A stretch of 64,000 bases of DNA, taken from Bacteroidales bacterium. Its GTDB lineage: Bacteria > Bacteroidota > Bacteroidia > Bacteroidales > WCHB1-69. The notes under the pieces were generated by a model. That model did not search any database. It was given only the letters and a program-made list of their open reading frames with translations, and was not told the DNA's origin. This document shows, one piece after another, positions 1 through 8,367 of the stretch. The position numbers were made by a program, and so were the translations under genes. Each line of letters opens with the position of its first letter. Positions within the stretch are counted from its first letter, which is position 1. Location of the stretch: positions 15,743 through 79,742 of the forward strand of contig JBGUPL010000014.1 in assembly GCA_045130275.1 (NCBI GenBank), read 5' to 3'.

Positions 1-1446
1 TACGGTATCGACATGTCGTCGGTGCGGCTGCTCAACCGATTGGCCAAGGAGAAGCAAGTGGTTCTCATCCATTTGGGGAACCCATACGCTCTCAACTACT
101 TCGATTCGTTGACCAACTATCGCGCCGTCATCGACGCCTACCAGTTCACGCCCTCCACCGTGGCGGCTGCCATGAAAGCCTGCTTCGGACAGATTGTCTG
201 TGAGGGCACGCTGCCGGTCAGCATCAACGAGTACCCCGCCGGCAGTGGCATCCTGATGAGCAAATCCGTCGAGAATTTCTCCGTCTTGCCTGACAATATC
301 ACGCAACAGCTCGACAAGATGCTGCAGGACGGCATCCAGAACCACATTTACCCGGGCTGCGAAGTCATCGCCCTGCATCACGGGCAGCCAGTCTATCACA
401 AGGCTTTCGGCTATCTCGACTACAACCGGCAGGACAAGGTGACCCCGCAAACGATGTACGATGTGGCTTCGTTGACTAAGGTGGCGGCTACTACGCTGGC
501 TGTCATGAAGTTGTATGATAATCACGAAATTCGCCTCACCGATAGAATCGGGAAATACCTGCCCTATTTGGCTGGTACGGACAAAGCGAGCCTCACACTC
601 GAGGAGTTGTTGACGCATACTTCCGGTATGCCGGCATTCATCCCGTTTTACAAATCCATACAAGGGGACGAACGCTATCTTCGCTCCTACAAAACAGAAC
701 ATTTCCAAATCCAGGTGGCGGACAACCTTTTCTTGCGCAACGACTATCCGGACACTATTCGCTACAAGGTGGCACATTGCAAACTTAAGGAGAAAAAGTA
801 CGAATATAGCGACCTTAACTTCCTGTTGCTCAAAGATATGGTGGAAAATGTCACGATGTTGCCAATCGAGCAGTTCCTGGCTGAGAGTTATTATCAACCC
901 ATGGGGCTGGCACACACATCTTTCATGCCGTTGCAGCATGGCTTTGCCAAGCAGGAGATTGCCCCGACGGAAAAAGATTTGCTGTTCCGCAAGCAGCTGG
1001 TGCATGGCTACGTGCATGACCAGACCTCTGCGCTGATGCGCGGAAATGCTGGCAACGCGGGTTTGTTCTCCACGGCGGAGGAGCTCGCCGCCATCTTCCT
1101 TATGCTGCAGAACGGCGGTGTCTATGAAGGAACGCGCTATCTGTCAGAGAGCACTGTGGCGGAGTTTACCAAGATGCACTATCTACACGGGTGTCAGGTA
1201 CGTGGTTTCGGTTTCCATACTCCAAAAGCAACCGGAACGTCCTCCATTGTGCCCGCCGCCGCTTCCACCCGCACTTTTGGCCACCAAGGCTTCACCGGCA
1301 CGGTGGTCTGGTGCGATCCTGAAGAGGAACTCATTTTCGTCTTCCTCTCCAACCGCGTCTGCCCTGACGCAGAGCCTAACAAACTAGCTAAAAGCGGAAT
1401 ACGGCTGAAGGTGCATGAGCTGATCTATCAAGGGGTGGGGAGGTAG
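1..1446 (+). CDS. Beta-lactamase-family serine hydrolase domain fused to the C-terminal end of a glycoside-hydrolase-family-3 (NagZ-like) domain; 5' end is outside the window
   Basis: The reading frame is open from base 1 (listed ORF 13..1446). It has the S-x-x-K nucleophile motif (ASLTKV), YSDLNF, and a HQGFTGT box typical of class-C/esterase-VIII-like hydrolases. Stop TAG is at 1444-1446. Confidence 0.7.
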   Translation, partial: YGIDMSSVRLLNRLAKEKQVVLIHLGNPYALNYFDSLTNYRAVIDAYQFTPSTVAAAMKACFGQIVCEGTLPVSINEYPAGSGILMSKSVENFSVLPDNITQQLDKMLQDGIQNHIYPGCEVIALHHGQPVYHKAFGYLDYNRQDKVTPQTMYDVASLTKVAATTLAVMKLYDNHEIRLTDRIGKYLPYLAGTDKASLTLEELLTHTSGMPAFIPFYKSIQGDERYLRSYKTEHFQIQVADNLFLRNDYPDTIRYKVAHCKLKEKKYEYSDLNFLLLKDMVENVTMLPIEQFLAESYYQPMGLAHTSFMPLQHGFAKQEIAPTEKDLLFRKQLVHGYVHDQTSALMRGNAGNAGLFSTAEELAAIFLMLQNGGVYEGTRYLSESTVAEFTKMHYLHGCQVRGFGFHTPKATGTSSIVPAAASTRTFGHQGFTGTVVWCDPEEELIFVFLSNRVCPDAEPNKLAKSGIRLKVHELIYQGVGR

Positions 1447-1454
1447 GCTTTAAC

Positions 1455-1510
1455 GGTTAATGGTTAAAGGTTAATGGTTAATGGTTAAAGGTTAATGGTT
1501 AAAGGTTAAT
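1455..1510 (+). repeat. Tandem heptamer array (GGTTAAW)x8, 9 nt after the stop of the upstream gene
   Basis: Direct reading: GGTTAAT GGTTAAA GGTTAAT GGTTAAT GGTTAAA GGTTAAT GGTTAAA GGTTAAT. Every unit contains TAA. Confidence 0.95.
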
Positions 1511-1515
1511 GATGA

Positions 1516-2241
1516 ATGAATGAAATGATGAAGATAATGAATCCGATTCTATTGCATATTGAGACGGCTACGGATGTATGTTCTGTGGCATTGTCGCAGG
1601 GCGCGGAGGTCATCGGGTTGAAAGAGGAAGCCGGTGGCAACAACCACGCCAAACACCTCCTGCCGTTTGTGGATGAGGTGTTGAAGCAAGGCGGCTGCAC
1701 TGTCAGTGACCTCAATGGGGTGGCAGTGAGCATCGGACCCGGTTCCTATACAGGATTGCGCATTGGGGTTTCCACCGCGAAAGGCATCGCCTACACCGCC
1801 GGCATCCCCGTGATGGCTATCAGTACGTTGGAGAGTATCGCGCAGGGAGCCAAGCAGTTATGGCGAGAGTCGAACGAAGGGGCAGTCCAGTTTGTCCCAA
1901 TGATCGATGCCCGCCGCATGGAGGTCTTCACCACCCGTTTTGACTTCGACATGAATCTGTTGGAGGAGATTTCTTCCAAAATTGTGGACGAGAACACCTT
2001 TGCGGAGTTACTTTCGGAGCAGAAAGTCCTGTTTTGCGGCAACGGAATGCCCAAATGCCGCGAGTTGCTCTCCATTTGCCCCAACGCCCGCTTTGTGGAC
2101 ACTCCTGTCTCAGCCAAAAATATGCTCCCCGCTGCCTTGAAGAAGTGGCAAAATAATGATTTTGAGAATGTTGCATATTTTGAACCATTTTATCTGAAGG
2201 AATATGTGGCGGCCAAACCAGTGGTGAAGGGATTGAAATAA
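1516..2241 (+). CDS. tsaB: tRNA N6-threonylcarbamoyladenosine biosynthesis protein TsaB (YeaZ family)
   Basis: ILLHIETATDVCSVAL N-terminus and GPGSYTGLRIGVSTAKGIA motif. Several in-frame ATGs (1516, 1525, 1528, 1537) make the true start uncertain; 1537 (MNPILL...) is plausible. Confidence 0.85.
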   Translation: MNEMMKIMNPILLHIETATDVCSVALSQGAEVIGLKEEAGGNNHAKHLLPFVDEVLKQGGCTVSDLNGVAVSIGPGSYTGLRIGVSTAKGIAYTAGIPVMAISTLESIAQGAKQLWRESNEGAVQFVPMIDARRMEVFTTRFDFDMNLLEEISSKIVDENTFAELLSEQKVLFCGNGMPKCRELLSICPNARFVDTPVSAKNMLPAALKKWQNNDFENVAYFEPFYLKEYVAAKPVVKGLK

Positions 2242-2242
2242 A

Positions 2243-2274
2243 GGTTAGAAGGTTAGAGGGTTAAATGGTTAGAA
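2243..2274 (+). repeat. Tandem octamer array (GGTTAGAA/GGTTAGAG/GGTTAAAT/GGTTAGAA), 2 nt after the tsaB stop
   Basis: Direct reading. Each unit contains TAG or TAA. Inverted CTAACC / TTAAC copies follow at 2284-2296. Confidence 0.9.
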
Positions 2275-2312
2275 GATAACCCCCTAACCTCTTAACAAAT
2301 AAATCTTTCAAG

Positions 2313-3167
2313 ATGGAAGTACACGAACCGATAAAACGAGACCGGAACCTGAACATCACGGTCATTGCCGACGACTCCCGCGTCGGAAGGGTCGCGGTGG
2401 ACCATGGTGTGATGCTGGCTGAGGTGTTCCAAGCCTCGCTGACGGTCATGGCAAACTTCGGGTTCGGGTTCGGACTGCCCGAATCCCGCCATATCCCCGA
2501 CGATAGTAGCTATTTGAAGGAAATCCGAGATATGGTTTCGGGGACGAAAAACAGTCAGGTTGTCACGGATTACATTTTCCCTGAAACCCTGTTCAAGTAT
2601 GCGGAGGAGCATAACACGGCCATGTTTGTCATCGGGGTGGCCTATTTTCCGGAAGATCGTGCGGAGTGTTTTTTTACTGCGAAGAAAGCGCTCAAGTTCA
2701 TCCGCCAGTCGCGATTTCCCGTGATGACCGTTACGGCGTATCTTGAAAGTGTCACCGACTACAAAAACATCCTGCTTACCTTGGACATCGAGCGCCAGAA
2801 CAAAGAAAAGGCATTATGGGCGGGCTATTTCAGTCGGTTCTACGGATCTGTCATCCATATTCTCTATCCGAAATACAAAGACGAGGGGTTGGTCAAGTTA
2901 GTGCGCGACAACGTGGATTTCGTGGAGAAGCTATACGATAATCTGGAAATATCATACGATAAGTACCAAGTGCCATCGCAAAACCACTTGGATGCCTATG
3001 CCTTGACGGATACACACGAGTCCGGTGCCTTGGTCATCATGATGACGCGTTATTACACGCTCGCCGATCTGCTGACGGGTCCCCGCGAGCGCAAAATCAT
3101 CGGAAAGACAGGGATGCCGGTGCTGTGCATCAACCAGCGGGACGATCTTTACGTGCTTTGTACGTAG
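2313..3167 (+). CDS. Hypothetical protein, possibly two universal-stress-protein-like (adenine-nucleotide alpha-hydrolase) domains
   Basis: 284-aa ORF in a same-strand gene run. Two halves each begin with a short hydrophobic strand (NITVIADDS..., NILLTLDIE...) as in tandem USP domains. No firm motif was recognised. Confidence 0.4.
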   Translation: MEVHEPIKRDRNLNITVIADDSRVGRVAVDHGVMLAEVFQASLTVMANFGFGFGLPESRHIPDDSSYLKEIRDMVSGTKNSQVVTDYIFPETLFKYAEEHNTAMFVIGVAYFPEDRAECFFTAKKALKFIRQSRFPVMTVTAYLESVTDYKNILLTLDIERQNKEKALWAGYFSRFYGSVIHILYPKYKDEGLVKLVRDNVDFVEKLYDNLEISYDKYQVPSQNHLDAYALTDTHESGALVIMMTRYYTLADLLTGPRERKIIGKTGMPVLCINQRDDLYVLCT

Positions 3168-3171
3168 TCGG

Positions 3172-3203
3172 TTTAGGAGTTTAGAAGTTTAGGGGTTTAG
3201 GTT
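3172..3203 (+). repeat. Tandem octamer array (GTTTAGGA GTTTAGAA GTTTAGGG GTTTAGGT), 5 nt after a stop codon
   Basis: Direct reading. Each unit contains TAG. Confidence 0.9.
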
Positions 3204-3218
3204 GTCAATGTTTTTTAT

Positions 3219-3226
3219 ATCTTTGC
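3219..3226 (+). promoter_or_regulatory. Bacteroidota sigma-A -7 box (TATCTTTG)
   Basis: Matches the TAnnTTTG consensus, 25 nt upstream of ATG 3251. Confidence 0.5.
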
Positions 3227-3250
3227 GGTCTAATTGAATCGATTGAAAAA

Positions 3251-4261
3251 ATGGCGAAATTAGCAGTTGTCATACTCAATTGGAACGGGAGGAAGTTCTT
3301 GGAGCAGTTTCTGCCGACGTTGCTGAAGACGCTGCCGGATTATGCGGAGGCGGTGGTTTGCGACAATGCTTCCAGTGATGACTCCGTGTCGTTCATGCGG
3401 GAGCGTTTCCCGCAAGTGCGTTTGCTCCAGAATGAGCGTAACGAGGGTTTTGCGAGAGGCTACAACCTTGCTCTGCAGCAGGTTGAGGCCACTTACTACT
3501 GTCTGCTTAATTCCGACATTGAGGTGACGGAGGGTTGGATTGAACCGGTGATCGAGCAGATGGACGCGAACGAGAAAATCGCCGCGGTTCAGCCCAAGCT
3601 GCTCTCCTATTCCCGCCGCGATGAGTTCGAGTATGCCGGCGCGAGCGGCGGTTTTATTGACAAGTACGGCTATCCTTTCTGCCGTGGCCGGGTGTTCTCA
3701 AATGTGGAAAAGGATCACGGTCAATACGACACGGTGGAGGACATTTTCTGGGCGACCGGCGCTGCTATGTTCGTGCGCAGCGATGTTTACCACACTATGG
3801 GCGGTCTTGATGATGACTTTTTCGCCCACATGGAGGAGATTGACTTTTGCTGGCGCATCAAGAACATGGGTTTCAAGATCAAGGTGAACCCAGCTTCTGT
3901 GGTTTATCATATCGGCGGCGGTACGCTTCCGAAAAACAACCCGATGAAGACGTTCCTGAACTTTCGGAACAGCCTCTATCTTCTTATCAAAAATTTGCCG
4001 GATGACCGTCTTGCCAAAACATTGATACTTAGATTTTTCCTGGATCAAGTGGCGGCATTTTCCTTTCTCGCGCAAGGACATTTCAGGGATTTCACGGCGG
4101 TGTACAAGGCGATATTCACATTTGCCCGTACATATAAGCATTATTATGCCAAACGGAACACCTTGCCGAAGCTTGCGTTCCAGGACTGTTATCCTGAATC
4201 TGTCGTGAAGTTGCATTATTTGAAACACAAGAAAGTTTTTGACGGAAAGTCGTTCTCATAA
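3251..4261 (+). CDS. Glycosyltransferase family 2 (rhamnosyltransferase-like)
   Basis: VVILNWNGRKFLEQFLPTL...CDNASSDDS N-terminal GT-A signature and DDDFFAHMEEIDFCWR (DxD region). A TATCTTTG box lies 25 nt upstream. Confidence 0.85.
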   Translation: MAKLAVVILNWNGRKFLEQFLPTLLKTLPDYAEAVVCDNASSDDSVSFMRERFPQVRLLQNERNEGFARGYNLALQQVEATYYCLLNSDIEVTEGWIEPVIEQMDANEKIAAVQPKLLSYSRRDEFEYAGASGGFIDKYGYPFCRGRVFSNVEKDHGQYDTVEDIFWATGAAMFVRSDVYHTMGGLDDDFFAHMEEIDFCWRIKNMGFKIKVNPASVVYHIGGGTLPKNNPMKTFLNFRNSLYLLIKNLPDDRLAKTLILRFFLDQVAAFSFLAQGHFRDFTAVYKAIFTFARTYKHYYAKRNTLPKLAFQDCYPESVVKLHYLKHKKVFDGKSFS

Positions 4262-4272
4262 TACTGTCTAAG

Positions 4273-5061
4273 ATGGAAATTTTTGCCCAGTTTTACCACT
4301 ACCTGTTGCCTGTGATGACCGTCTTGGGTGTCTTGGTGTTTATCACATTACAGTTTGTGACACCCGCTTACGGTATGACCTTCAACAACCGCTGGGGTGT
4401 GTCGGTGCGCAGCAATTTGGGTTGGTTCATGATGGAGTGCCCGGTGTTTTTCACTATGCTGGTGCTCTATTTCATTTCTTTGGGACTTAATGTGAAGCCG
4501 TTTAATGTGGTGACCTGTGTGATGTTCATCTTTTTCGAGTTCCACTATTTCCAGCGCTCGTTCATATTCCCGCTGCTGATGAAGGGACAGAGCAAGATGC
4601 CGTTGTCAATCATCATCACCGGTGCGACGTTCAACACGTTCAACGCCATCATGCAGGGCGGCTGGCTCTTCTTTTTCTCGCCAGCGGATGCCTATCCCAT
4701 TAGCTGGTTCTGGTCGCCGCAGTTTATATTCGGCACGGCCTTGTTTCTGTTTGGTATGGTGGTCAATCTGCATTCCGACCGGGTGATCCGCGACTTGCGC
4801 AGCGACGTCACCGACAACAACTACTACATCCCTCACGGCTGGATGTTCCGCAAGATCAGTTCCGCCAATTATTTCGGGGAGATTTTGGAGTGGGCCGGTT
4901 TCGCCATTCTTACGTGGTCGGTGTCCGGCGCGGTGTTCCTGCTGTGGTGTATGGCCAACATCATCCCCCGCTCCAAGGCCGTATATGCACGCTACACCCA
5001 ATTCTTCGGCGAAGATTTCACATCCCTGAATCGGTATAAGATTTTCCCGTATATTTATTAG
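4273..5061 (+). CDS. 3-oxo-5-alpha-steroid 4-dehydrogenase (steroid 5-alpha-reductase / DUF1295-like) family membrane protein
   Basis: Multi-TM ORF with the C-terminal family signature YYIPHGWMFRKISSANYFGEILEWAGFAILTWS. Confidence 0.8.
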   Translation: MEIFAQFYHYLLPVMTVLGVLVFITLQFVTPAYGMTFNNRWGVSVRSNLGWFMMECPVFFTMLVLYFISLGLNVKPFNVVTCVMFIFFEFHYFQRSFIFPLLMKGQSKMPLSIIITGATFNTFNAIMQGGWLFFFSPADAYPISWFWSPQFIFGTALFLFGMVVNLHSDRVIRDLRSDVTDNNYYIPHGWMFRKISSANYFGEILEWAGFAILTWSVSGAVFLLWCMANIIPRSKAVYARYTQFFGEDFTSLNRYKIFPYIY

Positions 5062-5156
5062 CTATTAGCTATTAGCCTTTAGCCAATAGCTAATAGCCAA
5101 CAGCCAACAGCCAACAGCCAACAGCCAATAGCCAATAGCCAATAGCCAACAGCCAA
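5059..5156 (+). repeat. Tandem heptamer array, 14 units (TAGCTAT x2, TAGCCTT, TAGCCAA, TAGCTAA, TAGCCAA, CAGCCAA x4, TAGCCAA x3, CAGCCAA)
   Basis: Direct reading. The first unit's TAG (5059-5061) is the stop codon of the 4273..5061 gene. Nine units carry TAG. Confidence 0.95.
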
Positions 5157-5229
5157 CATACACAATAAAATTAAAAATCCGCTGTTTATAAGTAATTTGC
5201 AAGACAATGCATCAACTTGGTGAAAGTTG

Positions 5230-5237
5230 TATCTTTG
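5230..5237 (+). promoter_or_regulatory. -7 box TATCTTTG upstream of the TPR-porin-lipoprotein operon
   Basis: Matches TAnnTTTG, 36 nt upstream of ATG 5273. Confidence 0.5.
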
Positions 5238-5272
5238 TTCGTTTGTAAAATAGGTTATAATCAGTGAACTAT

Positions 5273-8200
5273 ATGAGAATATTCAAGTTTGTACTGCTGT
5301 TTATGGCAGCAGGTTTGTTTGCCGTCGAGTCTGCCGTGGCTCAGCGGACGGAGAATTTCAAGTCACCTTTGTATGAGTACCAAACGGCGGTGGATCTGTT
5401 TAACAAAGAGAAGTACGGTTCTGCGCAGCAGTATTTCAAGTATGTATATGAGAGCACTGAAGACAAGCAGCACGACCTGAAAACCAATTCGTTGTTCTAC
5501 CAGGGTGTGTGCGCCGCCAAACTCGACAACCAGGATGCCGGCTATCTGCTACAGACCTTCATCGACCGATATCCGGTGCACACCTCCGTGCCGGAAGCCC
5601 GTTTCTACCTCGGACGTTTTTATTTTGCACGGAAGAACTATAAGAAAGCAATCGCGCAGTTTGAAGAGATTTACGAATCGGAAATCCAGCCTGAAAACGT
5701 GCAGGAGTATCATTTCAAAAAGGGTTATTCTTATTTTATGACGTCGGATTACGACAACGCCAAGATGATGTTCCGGAAAGCGCGGGAGGAAGAAGGCCCT
5801 TATAAAGAACGCAGCACCTATTATCTTGCTTTCATGGCTTATCAGTCTGAACAATATGATGCCGCATTGGAAGATTTTCTCCAACTGAAAGATAACCCTG
5901 AGTTTAAGGAAGAAGTGCCTTATTTCCTTACCCAGATCTATTTCAAGGAAGGCGAGTATGAGAAAGTGTTGCAAGTCGCGCCGGAAGTCAGCACGCCGAA
6001 AGACAAAAACCAGTCTCAGGTGGTGCGCTGCGTGGCTCTGTCTCAATACAACCTCAACCAGTATGAGGAAGCCGCAGAGAACTTTGACAAATTGAAGAAC
6101 AACGATCAGGTGACGATGGACCGGAACGACTGGTTCGCGATGGGTTTCACGAACTACCGCGTGCGGAAGTACAATGAGGCCATTCCCGACTTTTCCCGTG
6201 CGGCCAACGACAAGCAACCCGATGCGATGACCCAGCAGTGTTATTTCCTCATCGCCGACTGCTATATGAAGACCGGTCAGCGCACCCTTGCAGCGCAAAG
6301 TTTCAAAGAGGCTTCCAAATATGATTTCGATCCCGCCGTGAAGGAAGAGGCGATGTTCAATTATGCCAAACTGCAGTGCGAGACCTCTACCAGTCCTTTC
6401 AACAACGGTATTGAAGCTTTGCAGGAATACCTCAACCAATACCCTTATGCAAAACACAGTGAGGAGGCCGCTGACTATCTGTCGCGGATTTATCTCTCCA
6501 CCAAGAACTACCAGGCAGCCATTTCCTCTATCGAAAAACTCAAGACAAAGAGCCCTGCCATCCTGAAGGCCTATCAACGTTGCACATACAACCGCGCCCT
6601 CGAGTTGATCAACAACAAGAACAACAAAGATGCCATCGCGCTGTTAAACAAGACGATAGGTTCTCCCTCAGAGAAGAAAACCCATCTGGATGCCCTCTAT
6701 TGGAAAGCGGAAGCGCAGTATCGCAACGAGCAGTACAAGGACGCTTACTATTCTTTCCAAACTTATCAGAACGCTGCTGGCGCATCTTCCAATGAATATT
6801 ATGTAAATTCCTTCTACTCACTTGGTTACGCGGCATTGAAAATGAAACGCTACAAGGATGCCGGAAACTATTTCAAGACGTATTTGAATAAAACAAAGAA
6901 AACAGAAGATATTGATATTCAGGCGGATGCATCTGCCCGTTTGGCCGATTGCTATTTCATGCAACTCGACCTCCCGAACGCTATTAAATACTACGACCAG
7001 TGCGAGCGTCTTGGACAGTCGAACGCAGACTATGCCGTATATCAGCTGGCCAAGTGCTATGGTTACCAGAAAAACAACAATAAGAAAATTCAAACCTTGG
7101 AAAGATTGTTAAACAACTATCCTTCAACTAGTTATAAAGATGATGCAGAGTTTGACCTGGCGGTGACCTACCATACGCAAAACGATTACACGAGTGCCAT
7201 CTCAGCGTATAAGTCCTTCATCAAAAATCATCCGAAGAGCCAGTACATCCGTCAGGCACACACCCGATTGGCGCAGGCGTACCTGAACAGCGACAACCCG
7301 CAGATGGCCATCTCGACCTACAAATACGTGGTGGAAACCTATCCTGGATCGCAAGAGGCTAAAGATGCGCTTGCCAACTTGGAAACCATCTACACGGAGA
7401 ACGGCAACACCAGCGAGTTCTTCGACTATGTGCGTTCCAAAAACATGAACATCTCTGCCGACCGTCAAGACTCCATCGCTTTCAAAGCTGCCGAGACCAA
7501 ATACAACCGCGGCGATTGCGAGTCCTCCATCGCTGCTTGTCAGGATTATATCCGTCAGTTCCCGAACGGTTCGTTTGTGGCCAAGGCCCATTTCTTCAAA
7601 GGCGAATGCGAGTACGGTATGAGACGCTATGATGACGCATTGGCTGATTATGAGGCTATTATCAAAAACTACAAGACAGAGTACAATGTCACAGCATTGC
7701 ACAAGGCCGCTTCTATATTATATAATGACAAGAAGTATGCAAAAGCGTTGACCTACTTCAACAAGCTGATGGAGAACACCACGGCGGAAGAGGAGATAAT
7801 CTATGCAAACAACGGAGCCATGCGCTGTGCCTACTTCTTGAAAGAGTACCGGTCGGCGCTGACGAGCGCGGAGAACATCATCCGTGCCAACCAGCCTGAT
7901 CAGGATTTGCTGTCGGAGGCATTGCTGATTGCCGGTAATTCGGCCATGGCGCTCAATGAAGTTTCTTCTGCGAAAGGCTATTACAGCCAGCTGATGCCGA
8001 AGGGCAGCAACGACTTGTGCGCCGAAGCTGCTTACCATTTGGCTGACATCGCCCTCAACTATGACAAGAATCTTGACGACTGCGAGGCGCGCATCAAGGC
8101 CATTCTCGGTAGCGATTACTCCTCCGAATATTGGTATGCCCGCACATTCATCCTCTACGGCGACCTCTACAGAGCCAAAGGCAATTATTTCCAAGCCCGT

Positions 8201-8296
8201 CACACTTACCAGAGCATTGTGGACAATTACGGTGGTGCGGATCTGGTGAAGATGGCACAAGATAAAATCGCTGAAATCGACGCACTTGAAAATTAA
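5273..8296 (+). CDS. Large secreted tetratricopeptide-repeat protein
   Basis: Signal-peptide-like N-terminus (MRIFKFVLLFMAAGLFAVESAVAQ). Dozens of TPR-like Y/F-rich helical repeats follow (YFxxAxxYxxxxxYxxAxxxF pattern) along ~1000 aa. The listed ORF starts at GTG 5264; ATG 5273 is preferred. Confidence 0.8.
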   Translation: MRIFKFVLLFMAAGLFAVESAVAQRTENFKSPLYEYQTAVDLFNKEKYGSAQQYFKYVYESTEDKQHDLKTNSLFYQGVCAAKLDNQDAGYLLQTFIDRYPVHTSVPEARFYLGRFYFARKNYKKAIAQFEEIYESEIQPENVQEYHFKKGYSYFMTSDYDNAKMMFRKAREEEGPYKERSTYYLAFMAYQSEQYDAALEDFLQLKDNPEFKEEVPYFLTQIYFKEGEYEKVLQVAPEVSTPKDKNQSQVVRCVALSQYNLNQYEEAAENFDKLKNNDQVTMDRNDWFAMGFTNYRVRKYNEAIPDFSRAANDKQPDAMTQQCYFLIADCYMKTGQRTLAAQSFKEASKYDFDPAVKEEAMFNYAKLQCETSTSPFNNGIEALQEYLNQYPYAKHSEEAADYLSRIYLSTKNYQAAISSIEKLKTKSPAILKAYQRCTYNRALELINNKNNKDAIALLNKTIGSPSEKKTHLDALYWKAEAQYRNEQYKDAYYSFQTYQNAAGASSNEYYVNSFYSLGYAALKMKRYKDAGNYFKTYLNKTKKTEDIDIQADASARLADCYFMQLDLPNAIKYYDQCERLGQSNADYAVYQLAKCYGYQKNNNKKIQTLERLLNNYPSTSYKDDAEFDLAVTYHTQNDYTSAISAYKSFIKNHPKSQYIRQAHTRLAQAYLNSDNPQMAISTYKYVVETYPGSQEAKDALANLETIYTENGNTSEFFDYVRSKNMNISADRQDSIAFKAAETKYNRGDCESSIAACQDYIRQFPNGSFVAKAHFFKGECEYGMRRYDDALADYEAIIKNYKTEYNVTALHKAASILYNDKKYAKALTYFNKLMENTTAEEEIIYANNGAMRCAYFLKEYRSALTSAENIIRANQPDQDLLSEALLIAGNSAMALNEVSSAKGYYSQLMPKGSNDLCAEAAYHLADIALNYDKNLDDCEARIKAILGSDYSSEYWYARTFILYGDLYRAKGNYFQARHTYQSIVDNYGGADLVKMAQDKIAEIDALEN

Positions 8297-8364
8297 CCCA
8301 CTAACCTATTAACCCACTAACCTTCTAACCTTTTAACCATTTAACCATTTAACCTTAAAACCAT
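8293..8364 (+). repeat. Tandem octamer array, about 9 units (TTAACCCA CTAACCTA TTAACCCA CTAACCTT CTAACCTT TTAACCAT TTAACCAT TTAACCTT AAAACCAT)
   Basis: Direct reading. The TAA of the first unit (8294-8296) is the stop codon of the TPR gene. The unit core is the reverse complement of the GGTTAA/GGTTAG arrays at 1455 and 2243. Confidence 0.9.
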
Positions 8365-8367
8365 AAT

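Noticed and set aside
1455-8364. Whether the short tandem arrays could be CRISPR arrays or coding low-complexity segments.
   Set aside because: The units are 7-8 nt with no spacers, and no cas genes are nearby. The arrays contain stops in all frames on the gene strand, so they cannot be translated there.
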